Assembly (NCBI GenBank): GCA_900763885.1
Contig: CAAFLY010000155.1
Coordinates: forward strand, 1-48,291
From: Clostridia bacterium
Lineage (GTDB): Bacteria > Bacillota > Clostridia > Oscillospirales > CAG-272
Direction of reading: 5' to 3'
DNA: 48,291 nucleotides
Position numbers and translations under genes: made by a program. Within the stretch, counting starts at the first letter, position 1. Every line of letters begins with the position of its first letter. Positions 1 through 8,935 of this stretch are shown here, piece by piece. The notes below the pieces were generated by a model, which saw only the letters and a list, made by a program, of their open reading frames with translations, ran no database searches and was not told where the DNA came from.

Positions 1-174
1 ATTTATGAAGCTTCGGCTTTTTCGCACTGTCCGAATCCATTTTCGCAAGTCCGAATCCAGCCACAGAACCGATTGCTTTCGGAAAGACGAAAAAAACTTT
101 TCGCGAGTCCGAGTCCGGGCACAGTATCGAAAAGGGTAAAAGGGATTTATGAAACTCCGAAAAAATGCAGGATC

Positions 175-215
175 GAAAAAACGGGAGAAATCTCTCGAAA
201 TCTCCCGTTTTCTCG
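175..215. terminator. Bidirectional intrinsic terminator downstream of tRNA-Gln
   Basis: 8-bp stem ACGGGAGA (181-188) / TCTCCCGT (201-208) with a 12-nt loop. An A-run precedes it and a T-rich run follows, so it gives a U-tract on either strand. Confidence 0.6.
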
Positions 216-254
216 TTTTTCCTCGTTCGGATCTAAATTGACTTATCATCACGA

Positions 255-326
255 CTGGGGTAGCAGGATTCGGACCTGCGAATGCAGCAGTCAAAGTGCT
301 GTGTCTTACCGCTTGACGATACCCCA
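255..326 (-). tRNA. tRNA-Gln (anticodon UUG)
   Basis: The reverse complement folds as a cloverleaf. Acceptor TGGGGTA/TACCCCA; D-arm GTC-AAGCGGTAA-GAC; anticodon stem CAGCA/TGCTG with loop CTTTGAC (TTG); T-arm GCAGG-TCCGAAT-CCTGC; discriminator G. No CCA is encoded. As far as I recall it, the sequence closely resembles E. coli tRNA-Gln. Confidence 0.9.
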
Positions 327-336
327 ATACGGGGAT

Positions 337-365
337 ATTATAGCATATCCGCAGGGGTTTGTCAA
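337..365 (-). promoter_or_regulatory. Consensus sigma-70 promoter of tRNA-Gln
   Basis: The minus strand reads TTGACA (365-360), a 17-nt spacer, then TATAAT (342-337). The predicted start is a few nt upstream of the tRNA 5' end. Confidence 0.75.
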
Positions 366-384
366 GCGGTTTATCGTGGTTTTT

Positions 385-1547
385 CACAGCAACAGCATTT
401 ACTTTTTCGGGAATAAGATAGAGAGAAGAACAGCAGGATTGAGAGCGGCTTTAAACATCATTTTCTTTTTGCTGAGTCTGCCGAATTTTGCTTCGTTTAC
501 CAGAGTCAAAGCAAGTTTACGCAGAATATTCATGTTCAGCGGAGAATTGTCTTTTTTCGCTCTGGCTGCATCCTCACGGAATATTACATCAAGACACCAG
601 TGCAGCTGGTTTTCTATCGACCAGTGCTTCCTTACCGCATGGGAAAATTCATGCAAATCCGTCAAAGATGTAATATAATACCGTTTTTCCTCCCTGTCAA
701 CCCCGTTTTCCGTCACCTTGCTGTGTACCATCCCGATTCCTCGTAGATTTGTCCATGTATTCCAATCATAATCCCAATACTTCTCCGGTTCTCTCAGAAG
801 ATAATATGTTCTCCTTTCGATTCGCCCATGCCCTTTGTCAAGGGTTTCCTCGTGGGGCTGCTGATGCAGAAAGTCTCGGAAATAAAGCCTGCTGTCCTCA
901 TACAGCGCAGGCTGATTTTCTTTCAGCGCAATTACGTAATCTGCTTTTTTCTCTGTGATTTTTTTCGTGATCTCTTTCTGACAGCTCATGGCATCTGCTG
1001 TTACGATTGCGTTTTCTACGTCCAAAATATCCAACAGCTCCGGCACTGCGGTAATCTCATTTGTTTTTTCCTCTACCGTTATCTGACCGAGTGTGATCTG
1101 ATTCTCCGCCACAAATGCACTGACAACATGGTACGCTTTGTGTTTGCCGTTTCCGCTCCCTCGGATTGTTTTTCCGTCAATTGCTACTACCGAACGGGCT
1201 TCCCGCTCGATTTCAAGCCAATTCGTCAGGCAATTTGACAATTCTTTCGGGTCAATCCGTTCAAATACACGCCGGAATGTGTCACTGTCCGGGATTCCAT
1301 TCGGCAGTTCGAGGAAACTTTTGAGCCATTCCTCTCTTTCCAGACCAAACGTCTCCATATCGTTAAAGTCTTCGCCGCCGCAGATGACTGTACACAGTCC
1401 GAGTATGATGATGTCTGTCAGCTTGTGCCGGATGTTTCCGTAGGGCCGTCTCGGTTCCGTCACTTCTGCTAATGCTTTTTTCAGTTCTTCTATTTTCATG
1501 TCTCTATTTTATCACTTCTTTGAAAAAAAGTAAATGCTGTTGCCGTG
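385..1547 (-). mobile_element. Complete ISAs1-family insertion sequence
   Basis: Terminal inverted repeats CACAGCAACAGCATTTACTTTTT (385-407) and the reverse complement of 1525-1547 (CACGGCAACAGCATTTACTTTTT). It is flanked by a perfect 10-bp direct repeat CGTGGTTTTT (375-384 and 1548-1557). A single transposase ORF fills the element. It is visibly more AT-rich than its surroundings. Confidence 0.85.
399..1499 (-). CDS. ISAs1-family (H-repeat-associated / DDE) transposase
   Basis: 366-aa ORF. The N-terminal segment PRRPYGNIRHKLTDIIILGLCTVICGGEDFNDME and the C-terminal RKHWSIENQLHWCLDVIFREDA are typical of ISAs1 transposases. Confidence 0.85.
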   Translation of the reverse strand: MKIEELKKALAEVTEPRRPYGNIRHKLTDIIILGLCTVICGGEDFNDMETFGLEREEWLKSFLELPNGIPDSDTFRRVFERIDPKELSNCLTNWLEIEREARSVVAIDGKTIRGSGNGKHKAYHVVSAFVAENQITLGQITVEEKTNEITAVPELLDILDVENAIVTADAMSCQKEITKKITEKKADYVIALKENQPALYEDSRLYFRDFLHQQPHEETLDKGHGRIERRTYYLLREPEKYWDYDWNTWTNLRGIGMVHSKVTENGVDREEKRYYITSLTDLHEFSHAVRKHWSIENQLHWCLDVIFREDAARAKKDNSPLNMNILRKLALTLVNEAKFGRLSKKKMMFKAALNPAVLLSILFPKK

Positions 1548-1566
1548 CGTGGTTTTTGCACTTCGC

Positions 1567-2919
1567 TCACGCCCGATAATGCGGCAGAAACGCGCCCAGT
1601 GCCACGAGACGCTTTTGCAGCTCATGCGTGTCGATCGCGCGGATGTCGCAGTTTGCCGTGGTGTCGCAGGTCAGTGCCGCACCGATGCCTGCCGCCTGTC
1701 CGGTGATGTAGCAGCCCGGCATGACGCGCACGGAGGACTGCAGGTTCCGGTCGGTACAGATGCAGCGTCCGGCGACGTAGAGATTCGACAGCCCGGCGAC
1801 CGTCAGCGTGCGGTATGGGATCCCGTAGCTTTCGCCCGACTTATACTGATACTTCTGGATGTCGGCAAGGAATTTCCGGTACCCCTCCGCGGTATTGACC
1901 GGAGAGTGGATGTCCACGCCGTAGTTGTACCGGCCGATCTCGTCCTCGAACACGGCGCGGTTCACAAAGTCGTCGAGCACCAGCCGGTAATCGCAATCCA
2001 CGCGGCGGCTTTCGCGGATGCCGAGATAGGACGCGGAGTAGAGCAGCTCCGTATCCTCGTACCCGGTCAGGTATTCGCGGTAGTACCTCCGGTATTCCAT
2101 AAGCTGCCGTCTGCCGCGCACAATGCCCTCCGTGAGCGACGCGGCTTCTCTGGCGTCCACGTCGTACACATGACCCGCGTTCGATCCGCCGACGCCATTC
2201 GGGTACAGCGCGCCGTCCTCACCGCGTGTGCCCTCCGCGATGGGCCACATGCCAGGCAGATGGCGGTCCTCATTCTGGAACACATGATCCCGGAATGCCG
2301 CGTCGATGTTGCGGTTGTCCGGCTTCTTTACCCGGCCCCAGTCGATCCCGTCCCAGATCCCGCAGAGGGTCGCCGCCATGGTCTTGCCGTTTTCGTCGCC
2401 GTATTCGCTGTGCGCGCCTGCGTAATGGGCAAGATCGCCGTCGCCGGTACAGTCGATGTAAACCTTCGCCCGCACGCCGAACATACTGCCCTTCGCGGCG
2501 CAGATCACGGTGTCGATCCGCCCGTCCTTCGTGATCGCGTCCACGATGGAGGTGTGGAAGAGATACCTCACGCCCGCCTCCTCGATCATGTCGTCGTAGA
2601 GCCGCTTGAGCTGCTCCACCGGGATGGACATCGGGCAGTACCGCCGGAACCGCGGGAACGCGTCCGCTTTGAGCCTGTCATAGATCTCCCTGCCGATGCC
2701 GCCCGCCAAAAAGTTCTGGCTGTCCCCGAACGGCATGAACGCCGGAACGAGCATGGTGACCGCCGCGCCGCCGAACGCGGAAAACGAATCGACAACGAAC
2801 ACCTGCTTCCCTTGTCTCGCGCACGCGATGGCGGCGGCAATTCCGGCAGGACCTCCTCCGGCGACAAACACGTCCGGCGTATAGCGGATCTCAAGCCTCT
2901 TTTCATACGTAAATTCCAT
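1567..2919 (-). CDS. FAD-dependent oxidoreductase
   Basis: Start trimmed to MEFTYEK (ATG at 2919, preceded by AGGAGG). Dinucleotide-binding motif VAGGGPAGIAAAIACARQG. Confidence 0.7.
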   Translation of the reverse strand: MEFTYEKRLEIRYTPDVFVAGGGPAGIAAAIACARQGKQVFVVDSFSAFGGAAVTMLVPAFMPFGDSQNFLAGGIGREIYDRLKADAFPRFRRYCPMSIPVEQLKRLYDDMIEEAGVRYLFHTSIVDAITKDGRIDTVICAAKGSMFGVRAKVYIDCTGDGDLAHYAGAHSEYGDENGKTMAATLCGIWDGIDWGRVKKPDNRNIDAAFRDHVFQNEDRHLPGMWPIAEGTRGEDGALYPNGVGGSNAGHVYDVDAREAASLTEGIVRGRRQLMEYRRYYREYLTGYEDTELLYSASYLGIRESRRVDCDYRLVLDDFVNRAVFEDEIGRYNYGVDIHSPVNTAEGYRKFLADIQKYQYKSGESYGIPYRTLTVAGLSNLYVAGRCICTDRNLQSSVRVMPGCYITGQAAGIGAALTCDTTANCDIRAIDTHELQKRLVALGAFLPHYRA

Positions 2920-3097
2920 AAGTGTCCTCCTGAAACCGGCTCTGCATGACCGGTTGTTTTTCTGTAGTATACCGCATCGGCACGCGGATTGCAAGGAAAA
3001 GAAGCACGAAAAACCGGAAAAAACGAATATACAGCCCGCGCCGTCGGTCCGTTTGCTTTCCGTGCGCGAAAAATCGCATGAAAAAGCGAAAACACCC

Positions 3098-3126
3098 TTG
3101 TAAAAGCGCGCGTTTTTTGCTATACT
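3098..3126 (+). promoter_or_regulatory. Promoter of the hisS operon
   Basis: TTGTAA (3098-3103), 17-nt spacer, TATACT (3121-3126). Confidence 0.6.
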
Positions 3127-3187
3127 ATAGGATAAAGGTTTTGCTCCGGATTTCGGAGGACCAATGCAAAAGAAGGAACGACGATAT

Positions 3188-4438
3188 ATGGAAAAGATCA
3201 TGAAGCCGCGCGGGACGATGGACATTCTGGCTCCCGACGTATATACATGGAACTACATTGAAAAGGTAGTCCGCGATGTGGCAGCCCGGTTCGGGTTCTC
3301 GGAGGTGCGGGTACCTACCTTTGAGGAGATTGGGCTGTTCCGGCGCGGCGTCGGCGAATCCACGGACGTGGTACAGAAGGAAATGTACACGTTCACGGAC
3401 AAGGACGGTGCGATGTACGCGCTTCGTCCGGAGGGAACGGCGTCGGTGGCGCGCGCGATCATCGAAAACGGCAAGGCGTCGGATACGCTGCCGCTCAAAT
3501 ATTTCTACATCATCAACTGCTTCCGGTACGAAAAGCCGGAGGCGGGCAGAAGCCGTGAATTCGTGCAGTTCGGGACGGAAATGTTCGGCGCGCCCGGCGC
3601 GGGAGCGGATTTCACGATCATCTCTCTGGCGTCCACGGCGATCCGGGAGCTGGGGATCACGAACGTGCGGCTCCACATCAACTCCATCGGCTGTCCGCAG
3701 TGCCGTCCCGTCTACAGGGAAAAGCTGCAGGAATATCTGCGCGCGCATAAGGACGAGCTGTGCGACACGTGCCTCTCCCGCATGGAGACCAATCCCCTGC
3801 GCGTACTGGACTGCAAGAACGATTCGTGCCGGAAGGTAGCGGAGGGCGCGCCGCACACGATCGATCATCTCTGCCCGGACTGCGAAGCGCATTTACACGA
3901 ATTGCAGGCGGACCTTGACGCGGCGGGCATCCCCTACGTGATGGACCCGCACATTGTCCGGGGGCTCGATTACTACACGCGCACCGTCTTTGAGTTCATC
4001 GCGGAGGGCATCGGTGCGCAGAGCACGGTATGCGGCGGCGGACGGTACGACGGTCTCATGGAGGAGCTGGGCGGTCCGAAAATGGCGGGCATCGGCTTCG
4101 GCATGGGCATCACGCGGCTCATTCTGGCGATGCAGCAGTGCGGCGTGGTGATCGAAAACCCGAACAAGCCGAAATTATACATCGCGTCGATGGGCAAGGC
4201 GGCAGAGCAGCGCGCGCTCACGATCGTAAGCGGTCTGCGTGCCGCCGGTATCAACGCGGACTGCGACGTGCTGAGCCGGAGTCTGAAGGCGCAGATGAAA
4301 TACGCGGACAAGATCGGCGCGCAGTACGTTCTGATGCTCGGCGACAACGAGATCGAAACGGGCGTCGCCGTCCTCAAGGAAATGGCGACCGGCGAGCAGC
4401 GCGAAGTGCGCATTGAGGAAATCGGCGCGGCATTATAA
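3188..4438 (+). CDS. hisS: Histidine--tRNA ligase
   Basis: KPRGTMDIL N-terminus and class II HisRS-like sequence throughout (FRYEKPEAGRSREFVQFG, GGGRYDGL). The start could be 3164, 3188 or 3200; 3188 was chosen. Confidence 0.9.
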   Translation: MEKIMKPRGTMDILAPDVYTWNYIEKVVRDVAARFGFSEVRVPTFEEIGLFRRGVGESTDVVQKEMYTFTDKDGAMYALRPEGTASVARAIIENGKASDTLPLKYFYIINCFRYEKPEAGRSREFVQFGTEMFGAPGAGADFTIISLASTAIRELGITNVRLHINSIGCPQCRPVYREKLQEYLRAHKDELCDTCLSRMETNPLRVLDCKNDSCRKVAEGAPHTIDHLCPDCEAHLHELQADLDAAGIPYVMDPHIVRGLDYYTRTVFEFIAEGIGAQSTVCGGGRYDGLMEELGGPKMAGIGFGMGITRLILAMQQCGVVIENPNKPKLYIASMGKAAEQRALTIVSGLRAAGINADCDVLSRSLKAQMKYADKIGAQYVLMLGDNEIETGVAVLKEMATGEQREVRIEEIGAAL

Positions 4439-4499
4439 AGGGAGCGAGGGGAACGGTCGCCCCTCCGGAAATGGAATGTGTACATCGGAGGATTTTTCT

Positions 4500-5183
4500 A
4501 TGGCAGATGCGCGGATCGGGGAATTTCTGGATATGCAGCACCGGTTGGCTGTGGAAAAGGGGTGGATCGCGGACCGGGTGCCGGAGATGGGACACATGAG
4601 TCTGCTCTGGTCCATTGACGAAATGGGTGAGGTGATCGCGATCCTCAAGAAAAAGGGCACCGGTGCGATCATGGAAAACGACAGCGTACGGGCGCATTTC
4701 ACAGAGGAGATCGCGGATGTATTCATGTATCTCTTCGACATGATGGAGTGCTACGGGATCACGGCGGAGGAATTCACCGCGGCGTACCGGAAGAAATACG
4801 CGCACAACATGGGCAGAGACTGGCGGGAGAACGACGCGCTGTACGAAAAAAGCATGGGGACTATCCGCTATGTCTGCTTTGCGTCGTCTCTGTTCGGCGA
4901 AAAGGGAACGGAAGCGGCGGCACATGTACTGGATTCTCTCGCAAAGACCGATCTCACCGTAGCAATCGCGGCGGACGCACCTCTCTTTTTCGAAAACGAT
5001 GCCATAACGCGCGTGTCGGACCTGACCGTCCCCGCGGATTTCACGCCGGAGCAATGCCTGTTCTGCGTTTCGGACGAAAAAACGGCGCTTCCCTCCGGCG
5101 CGGGACGGTTTATACTGGATTTTGACGCACCGGAGGACGCGGAGCACGGCTGGGGCACACTGCTCTCCCATCTCGGCTTCTGA
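4500..5183 (+). CDS. MazG-like nucleotide pyrophosphohydrolase fused to an uncharacterised C-terminal domain
   Basis: ATG at 4500 preceded by GGAGGA. The N-terminal ~105 aa carry EXXE / EEXXD-type MazG motifs (IDEMGEV, FTEEIADVFMYL). The C-terminal ~120 aa are unassigned. Confidence 0.65.
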   Translation: MADARIGEFLDMQHRLAVEKGWIADRVPEMGHMSLLWSIDEMGEVIAILKKKGTGAIMENDSVRAHFTEEIADVFMYLFDMMECYGITAEEFTAAYRKKYAHNMGRDWRENDALYEKSMGTIRYVCFASSLFGEKGTEAAAHVLDSLAKTDLTVAIAADAPLFFENDAITRVSDLTVPADFTPEQCLFCVSDEKTALPSGAGRFILDFDAPEDAEHGWGTLLSHLGF

Positions 5184-5309
5184 CAACCGGCAATGAAAGG
5201 CGCGATTACGGATCATGCCGGATCGGATCGTGCCTGTGAGAGAACCACATACGGCGGGACGGACCGCGATATATCGATAAACATACACCGAAAGGAATAC
5301 AGACAAAAA

Positions 5310-7106
5310 ATGGAACTCTTTACAAAGGAAGACAAGCGCACACATTATTGCGGTACGCTGACGGGCGCGGATATCGGCAAGGAGGTCGCCGTACTTGGCT
5401 GGTGTCAGCGGCAGAGAGACCTCGGCAGTCTCATCTTCATCGATCTGCGTGACCGGACCGGTATCGTACAGCTTGCCTTTGACGACAAGACGGATCCCGA
5501 GCTTTTCAAGATCGCGTTCGGCGTACGTGCGGAATATGTGCTTGCGGCGCGCGGCGTCGTTCGTTCCCGCGGCGCGGATGCGATCAACAAAAATATGGCG
5601 ACCGGTGAGATTGAGATCGCGGTACACCACTTCAAGGTGCTCTCCGCCGCACAGACCCCGCCGTTTGAGATCAGCGACAAGGCGAATGTCGGCGACGAGA
5701 CCGCGCTGAAATACCGGTATCTCGACCTGCGCCGTCCGGAGCTACAGAAGAACATCCTGATGCGTCACGAGATCGCCCGCGTGACGAGGGATTACTACTA
5801 CGAAAACGGCTTCATCGAGATCGAGACGCCGATGATGATCAAGCCGACGCCCGAGGGCGCGCGCGATTATCTGGTGCCGTCCCGCATCCACAAGGGCAGC
5901 TTCTACGCCCTGCCGCAGTCTCCGCAGATCTACAAGCAGCTACTCATGCTCTCCGGCTTTGACCGCTACATCCAGCTTGCCAGATGCTTCCGCGACGAGG
6001 ACCTGCGCGCCGACCGTCAGCCGGAATTCACGCAGATCGACCTTGAGATGTCCTTTGTAGACCAGGAGGACATCATGGAGATGAACGAGGGCTATGTACA
6101 GCGGCTGTTCAAGGAGATCCTGAACGTGGACATTCCGCTGCCTCTGCCGCGTCTGACCTATCACGAGGCGATGGAACGCTACGGCTCCGACAAACCGGAC
6201 ACGCGCTACGGCATGGAGATCCAGAACATCACCGCGCTTGTACAGAACAGTGCGTTCCCTGTATTTGCGGACGCGATCGCGGGCGGTGGCAGCGTTCGTG
6301 CCATTGTCGCGAAAAATGCGGCGGCTGTATATTCCCGCAAGGAGATCGACAAGCTGACCGCACACGCCAAGGGGATCGGCGCAAAGGGTCTGGCGTTCAT
6401 CCGCTTCCATGAGGATACGCCGACCTGCTCGTTCGCGAAATTCCTCGGCGAAGGGGAGCTGGACCGGCTGATGGCGGCGATCGGCTGCGAAAAGGGCGAC
6501 GTCGCGCTCTTTGTGGCGGATCGGGACACGGTGGTGCTTCCGACGCTCGGCGCGCTGCGGCAGATGGTGGCACGCAAGCTGGACATCATTCCGAACACGT
6601 ACAATTTCCTGTGGATCACGGAGTTCCCGTTCTTTGAATGGGATGAGGAGAGCGGCACATGGCTTGCGATGCACCATCCGTTCACGATGCCTCTGGACGA
6701 GTGCCTCGACTACATCGACACCGATCCGGGCAAGGTACGCGCGAAGTGCTACGACCTTGTATTGAACGGCGTGGAGATCTCCTCCGGCTCCATCCGCATC
6801 ACGGACTACGCGCTTCAGCAGCATATGTTCCGCCGTCTCGGTCTGACCGAGGAAGAGATCGACCGCAAGTTCGGATTCCTCGTGGAAGCGTACAAGTACG
6901 GTGCGCCGCCGCATGGTGGAGCCGCGCTGGGACTGGACCGTCTCGCGATGATCATGTGCGGCTGCGACAGTCTGCGCGACGTGGTGGCGTTCCCGAAGGT
7001 GCAGAATGCGTCCGAGCTGATGTCGAAATGCCCCGCACCCGCCGATCCCGCCGCCCTTTCCGAGCTTGGGATCACGGTGACCGCGCAGGAGGACGAGGCG
7101 GAATAA
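5310..7106 (+). CDS. aspS: Aspartate--tRNA ligase
   Basis: Start trimmed to MELFTKEDKRTHYCG. Class IIb AspRS motifs are present (FYALPQSPQ, CFRDEDLRADRQPEFTQID, GLDRL). Confidence 0.92.
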   Translation: MELFTKEDKRTHYCGTLTGADIGKEVAVLGWCQRQRDLGSLIFIDLRDRTGIVQLAFDDKTDPELFKIAFGVRAEYVLAARGVVRSRGADAINKNMATGEIEIAVHHFKVLSAAQTPPFEISDKANVGDETALKYRYLDLRRPELQKNILMRHEIARVTRDYYYENGFIEIETPMMIKPTPEGARDYLVPSRIHKGSFYALPQSPQIYKQLLMLSGFDRYIQLARCFRDEDLRADRQPEFTQIDLEMSFVDQEDIMEMNEGYVQRLFKEILNVDIPLPLPRLTYHEAMERYGSDKPDTRYGMEIQNITALVQNSAFPVFADAIAGGGSVRAIVAKNAAAVYSRKEIDKLTAHAKGIGAKGLAFIRFHEDTPTCSFAKFLGEGELDRLMAAIGCEKGDVALFVADRDTVVLPTLGALRQMVARKLDIIPNTYNFLWITEFPFFEWDEESGTWLAMHHPFTMPLDECLDYIDTDPGKVRAKCYDLVLNGVEISSGSIRITDYALQQHMFRRLGLTEEEIDRKFGFLVEAYKYGAPPHGGAALGLDRLAMIMCGCDSLRDVVAFPKVQNASELMSKCPAPADPAALSELGITVTAQEDEAE

Positions 7107-7164
7107 CGGAGCGCGCGGCGCTTATGGTGTTTTTTGCGGGGAAAGTGTCCTGCCAATAGAAAAT

Positions 7165-7210
7165 AAGGGGGATCCTACAGCGTTATTTGCCGTAGGATCC
7201 CCTTTTTGTA
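7165..7210. terminator. Bidirectional terminator between aspS and the convergent SBP gene
   Basis: GGGGGATCCTAC ... GTAGGATCCCC hairpin with an A-rich run before it and a T-run after it. Confidence 0.8.
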
Positions 7211-7217
7211 TTGGTTC

Positions 7218-8717
7218 TCACCATTCCATCTCGCCCAGCTCCCGGTAGGCGGTCAGGATCTTGTCATTGTAGTACTTCTTGGTGGATTCCGCGTATCCGG
7301 CGAGGGTGGAGGACAGCTTGCCGTCGGAGCCCTTGAGCTTATAGTGGATGACCCACGTATAGTTGTTCGGGTCCGGATAGCTGTAGCCGATGTCGTATAC
7401 GCGCCCTGCCATGATGTAGTCGAGCATTTCGAGAGAATCCTCGTCGCGGGACAGCTTGAACGTCACCATGTTCTCAAGATATGCCGGGATCAGGTGCTGA
7501 TAGGAATCGGCGGACAGCGCTTCCAGGATCAGACCCGTGTTCTCGCGGTTTTCGGCGGCACTCACGATCGGTACCCCAAACGCGCCACAGCGGCAGTCGT
7601 CATAGGTATAGTATTTTTCCTGCTGTTCGTCGAATTTCGGATACGGTAGAAGTCCGTAGCCGCTCTCGTTCTGGCGGAATTTCTCCAGATCGTTGAACCA
7701 GATCGCCTGGATGAACACGCGGTTTTCGTCCCACTTGATATCGCATTCCTTGTCCCAACCGATCTCAAACGTATTGTTCGAGCCGTAGAGCATGTGATAG
7801 AGCCATTCCGTCATCGTGGAGAACTTCTCGCTCTGGTAGCCCAGCTCCACGCCGTCCTCTTTGAGGTGTATGCCCATTTCGCCGATCGCGTAGCACCAGG
7901 TCAGCGCGTGATAACCGAAGTTGGTCGCGTAGCCGTAGGTGTCGTTCTCGTCGTACCTGCCGTCGCCGTTTGTATCGGTCGTCACGCTTTCCACGATCTT
8001 TTGGAAGCTGTCCATCGTCCATGTCCCGTCGCGCACCATATCGTACAGTCCGTCGATCCCGCGGTCGTCCGCCATGGCCGTATTGTAGACGAGAAGGTTC
8101 GCGTACTGGTAGGAATTGAGGGAGTAGTCGGACAGAATCGCCGGGAGATAGCCGTACAGGGTGAAGGTGTCGTTGATCTCGGTGTGCCACCACGGCTTGT
8201 CGAAATCGATGTACGGGATCTTCAGCATATTGTAGAAGAGCTTGCCCTGCACCATCTGCGCCTGGAGCTGATACGTGTAGTAGATCGCGAGATCGTACAC
8301 ATCGTCCCCGGCGGCGACCAGATTGGTGAGCACCGTGCCCATTCTGCCCCACACATCGGAGCCCTCCGGCGGCACCACGTTGTAATTGAAGTTGAAACGA
8401 TCCTCCAGACGGGCCGTGCGGTTGTAGATCTCGTCGTTGATCAGCTCGCCGTTCAGCTCCTCCGCGGTAAAGGTCCATGTGCCGGACAGCGCGTCCTCGT
8501 GGCAGACGATGTCCATGTCCCAGCCGCCGAGATCCTTCTCCGGCAGATCATCGGAGAGCTCCGTCTCGGCAGGCGCCGTTTCGCTTTCCGCTGTCGCGTC
8601 GTTCTCCCCGCCGACGGTGTCCGCCGCGGGATTCTTGGTGTCCGCCGTGCCGCAGGATGCCATGAGCAGGAGTCCGCACAGCAGCAGGGAAAGCATTCTC
8701 TGATAGGCTTTCATCAT
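7218..8717 (-). CDS. ABC-transporter extracellular solute-binding lipoprotein (sugar type)
   Basis: Lipoprotein signal peptide with lipobox LLMASC. Large family-1 SBP-like sequence. No permease or ATPase genes are adjacent. Confidence 0.7.
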   Translation of the reverse strand: MMKAYQRMLSLLLCGLLLMASCGTADTKNPAADTVGGENDATAESETAPAETELSDDLPEKDLGGWDMDIVCHEDALSGTWTFTAEELNGELINDEIYNRTARLEDRFNFNYNVVPPEGSDVWGRMGTVLTNLVAAGDDVYDLAIYYTYQLQAQMVQGKLFYNMLKIPYIDFDKPWWHTEINDTFTLYGYLPAILSDYSLNSYQYANLLVYNTAMADDRGIDGLYDMVRDGTWTMDSFQKIVESVTTDTNGDGRYDENDTYGYATNFGYHALTWCYAIGEMGIHLKEDGVELGYQSEKFSTMTEWLYHMLYGSNNTFEIGWDKECDIKWDENRVFIQAIWFNDLEKFRQNESGYGLLPYPKFDEQQEKYYTYDDCRCGAFGVPIVSAAENRENTGLILEALSADSYQHLIPAYLENMVTFKLSRDEDSLEMLDYIMAGRVYDIGYSYPDPNNYTWVIHYKLKGSDGKLSSTLAGYAESTKKYYNDKILTAYRELGEMEW

Positions 8718-8750
8718 TTGCTCCTTATTTTATTCTCAAATTGCATAGAA

Positions 8751-8779
8751 AGCATACCACAGTTTCCCGCAAAAGTCAA
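8751..8779 (-). promoter_or_regulatory. Promoter of the SBP gene
   Basis: The minus strand reads TTGACT, a 17-nt spacer, then TGG-TATGCT. Confidence 0.55.
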
Positions 8780-8842
8780 GGGTAAAATGCATTTCCCACA
8801 AAACTTTCCGCGGCAGAAGCGGCGAAATCGTCCATTTTCCTA

Positions 8843-8871
8843 TTGCATCCGCCATTTCCCGGGTGTATACT
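8843..8871 (+). promoter_or_regulatory. Promoter of the anion-permease gene
   Basis: TTGCAT (8843-8848), 17-nt spacer ending in TG, TATACT (8866-8871). Confidence 0.6.
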
Positions 8872-8935
8872 ATACCTCGTGCGCCGGGATCCCCCCTGCG
8901 GCCTCTCCGCGCAACATCACTCCAGAGGTATCGTC

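Noticed and set aside
73-678. 201-aa plus-strand ORF spanning the tRNA-Gln gene, its promoter and the IS end.
   Set aside because: It overlaps a well-folded tRNA, a terminator hairpin and the IS inverted repeat. The sequence is not protein-like.
2950-3187. Possible T-box riboswitch upstream of hisS/aspS, as in many Firmicutes.
   Set aside because: The only good promoter is about 60 nt from the start codon. That leaves no room for a ~200-nt T-box, and no T-box-like conserved 14-mer or terminator/antiterminator pair is visible.
2920-3225. N-terminal extensions of several ORF-track entries. Examples: 1567-3225, 5193-, 12886-13995, 15954-, 26795-, 32792-34276, 39255-40001, 40767-.
   Set aside because: Internal ATGs preceded by GGAGG-type SD sequences coincide with the start of family homology. 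The upstream extensions run through promoters or terminators.
4439-4499. GC-rich hairpin between hisS and the mazG-like gene, as a possible terminator.
   Set aside because: No U-tract follows it, and the next gene starts about 30 nt later with its own SD. It is more likely just an intercistronic structure.
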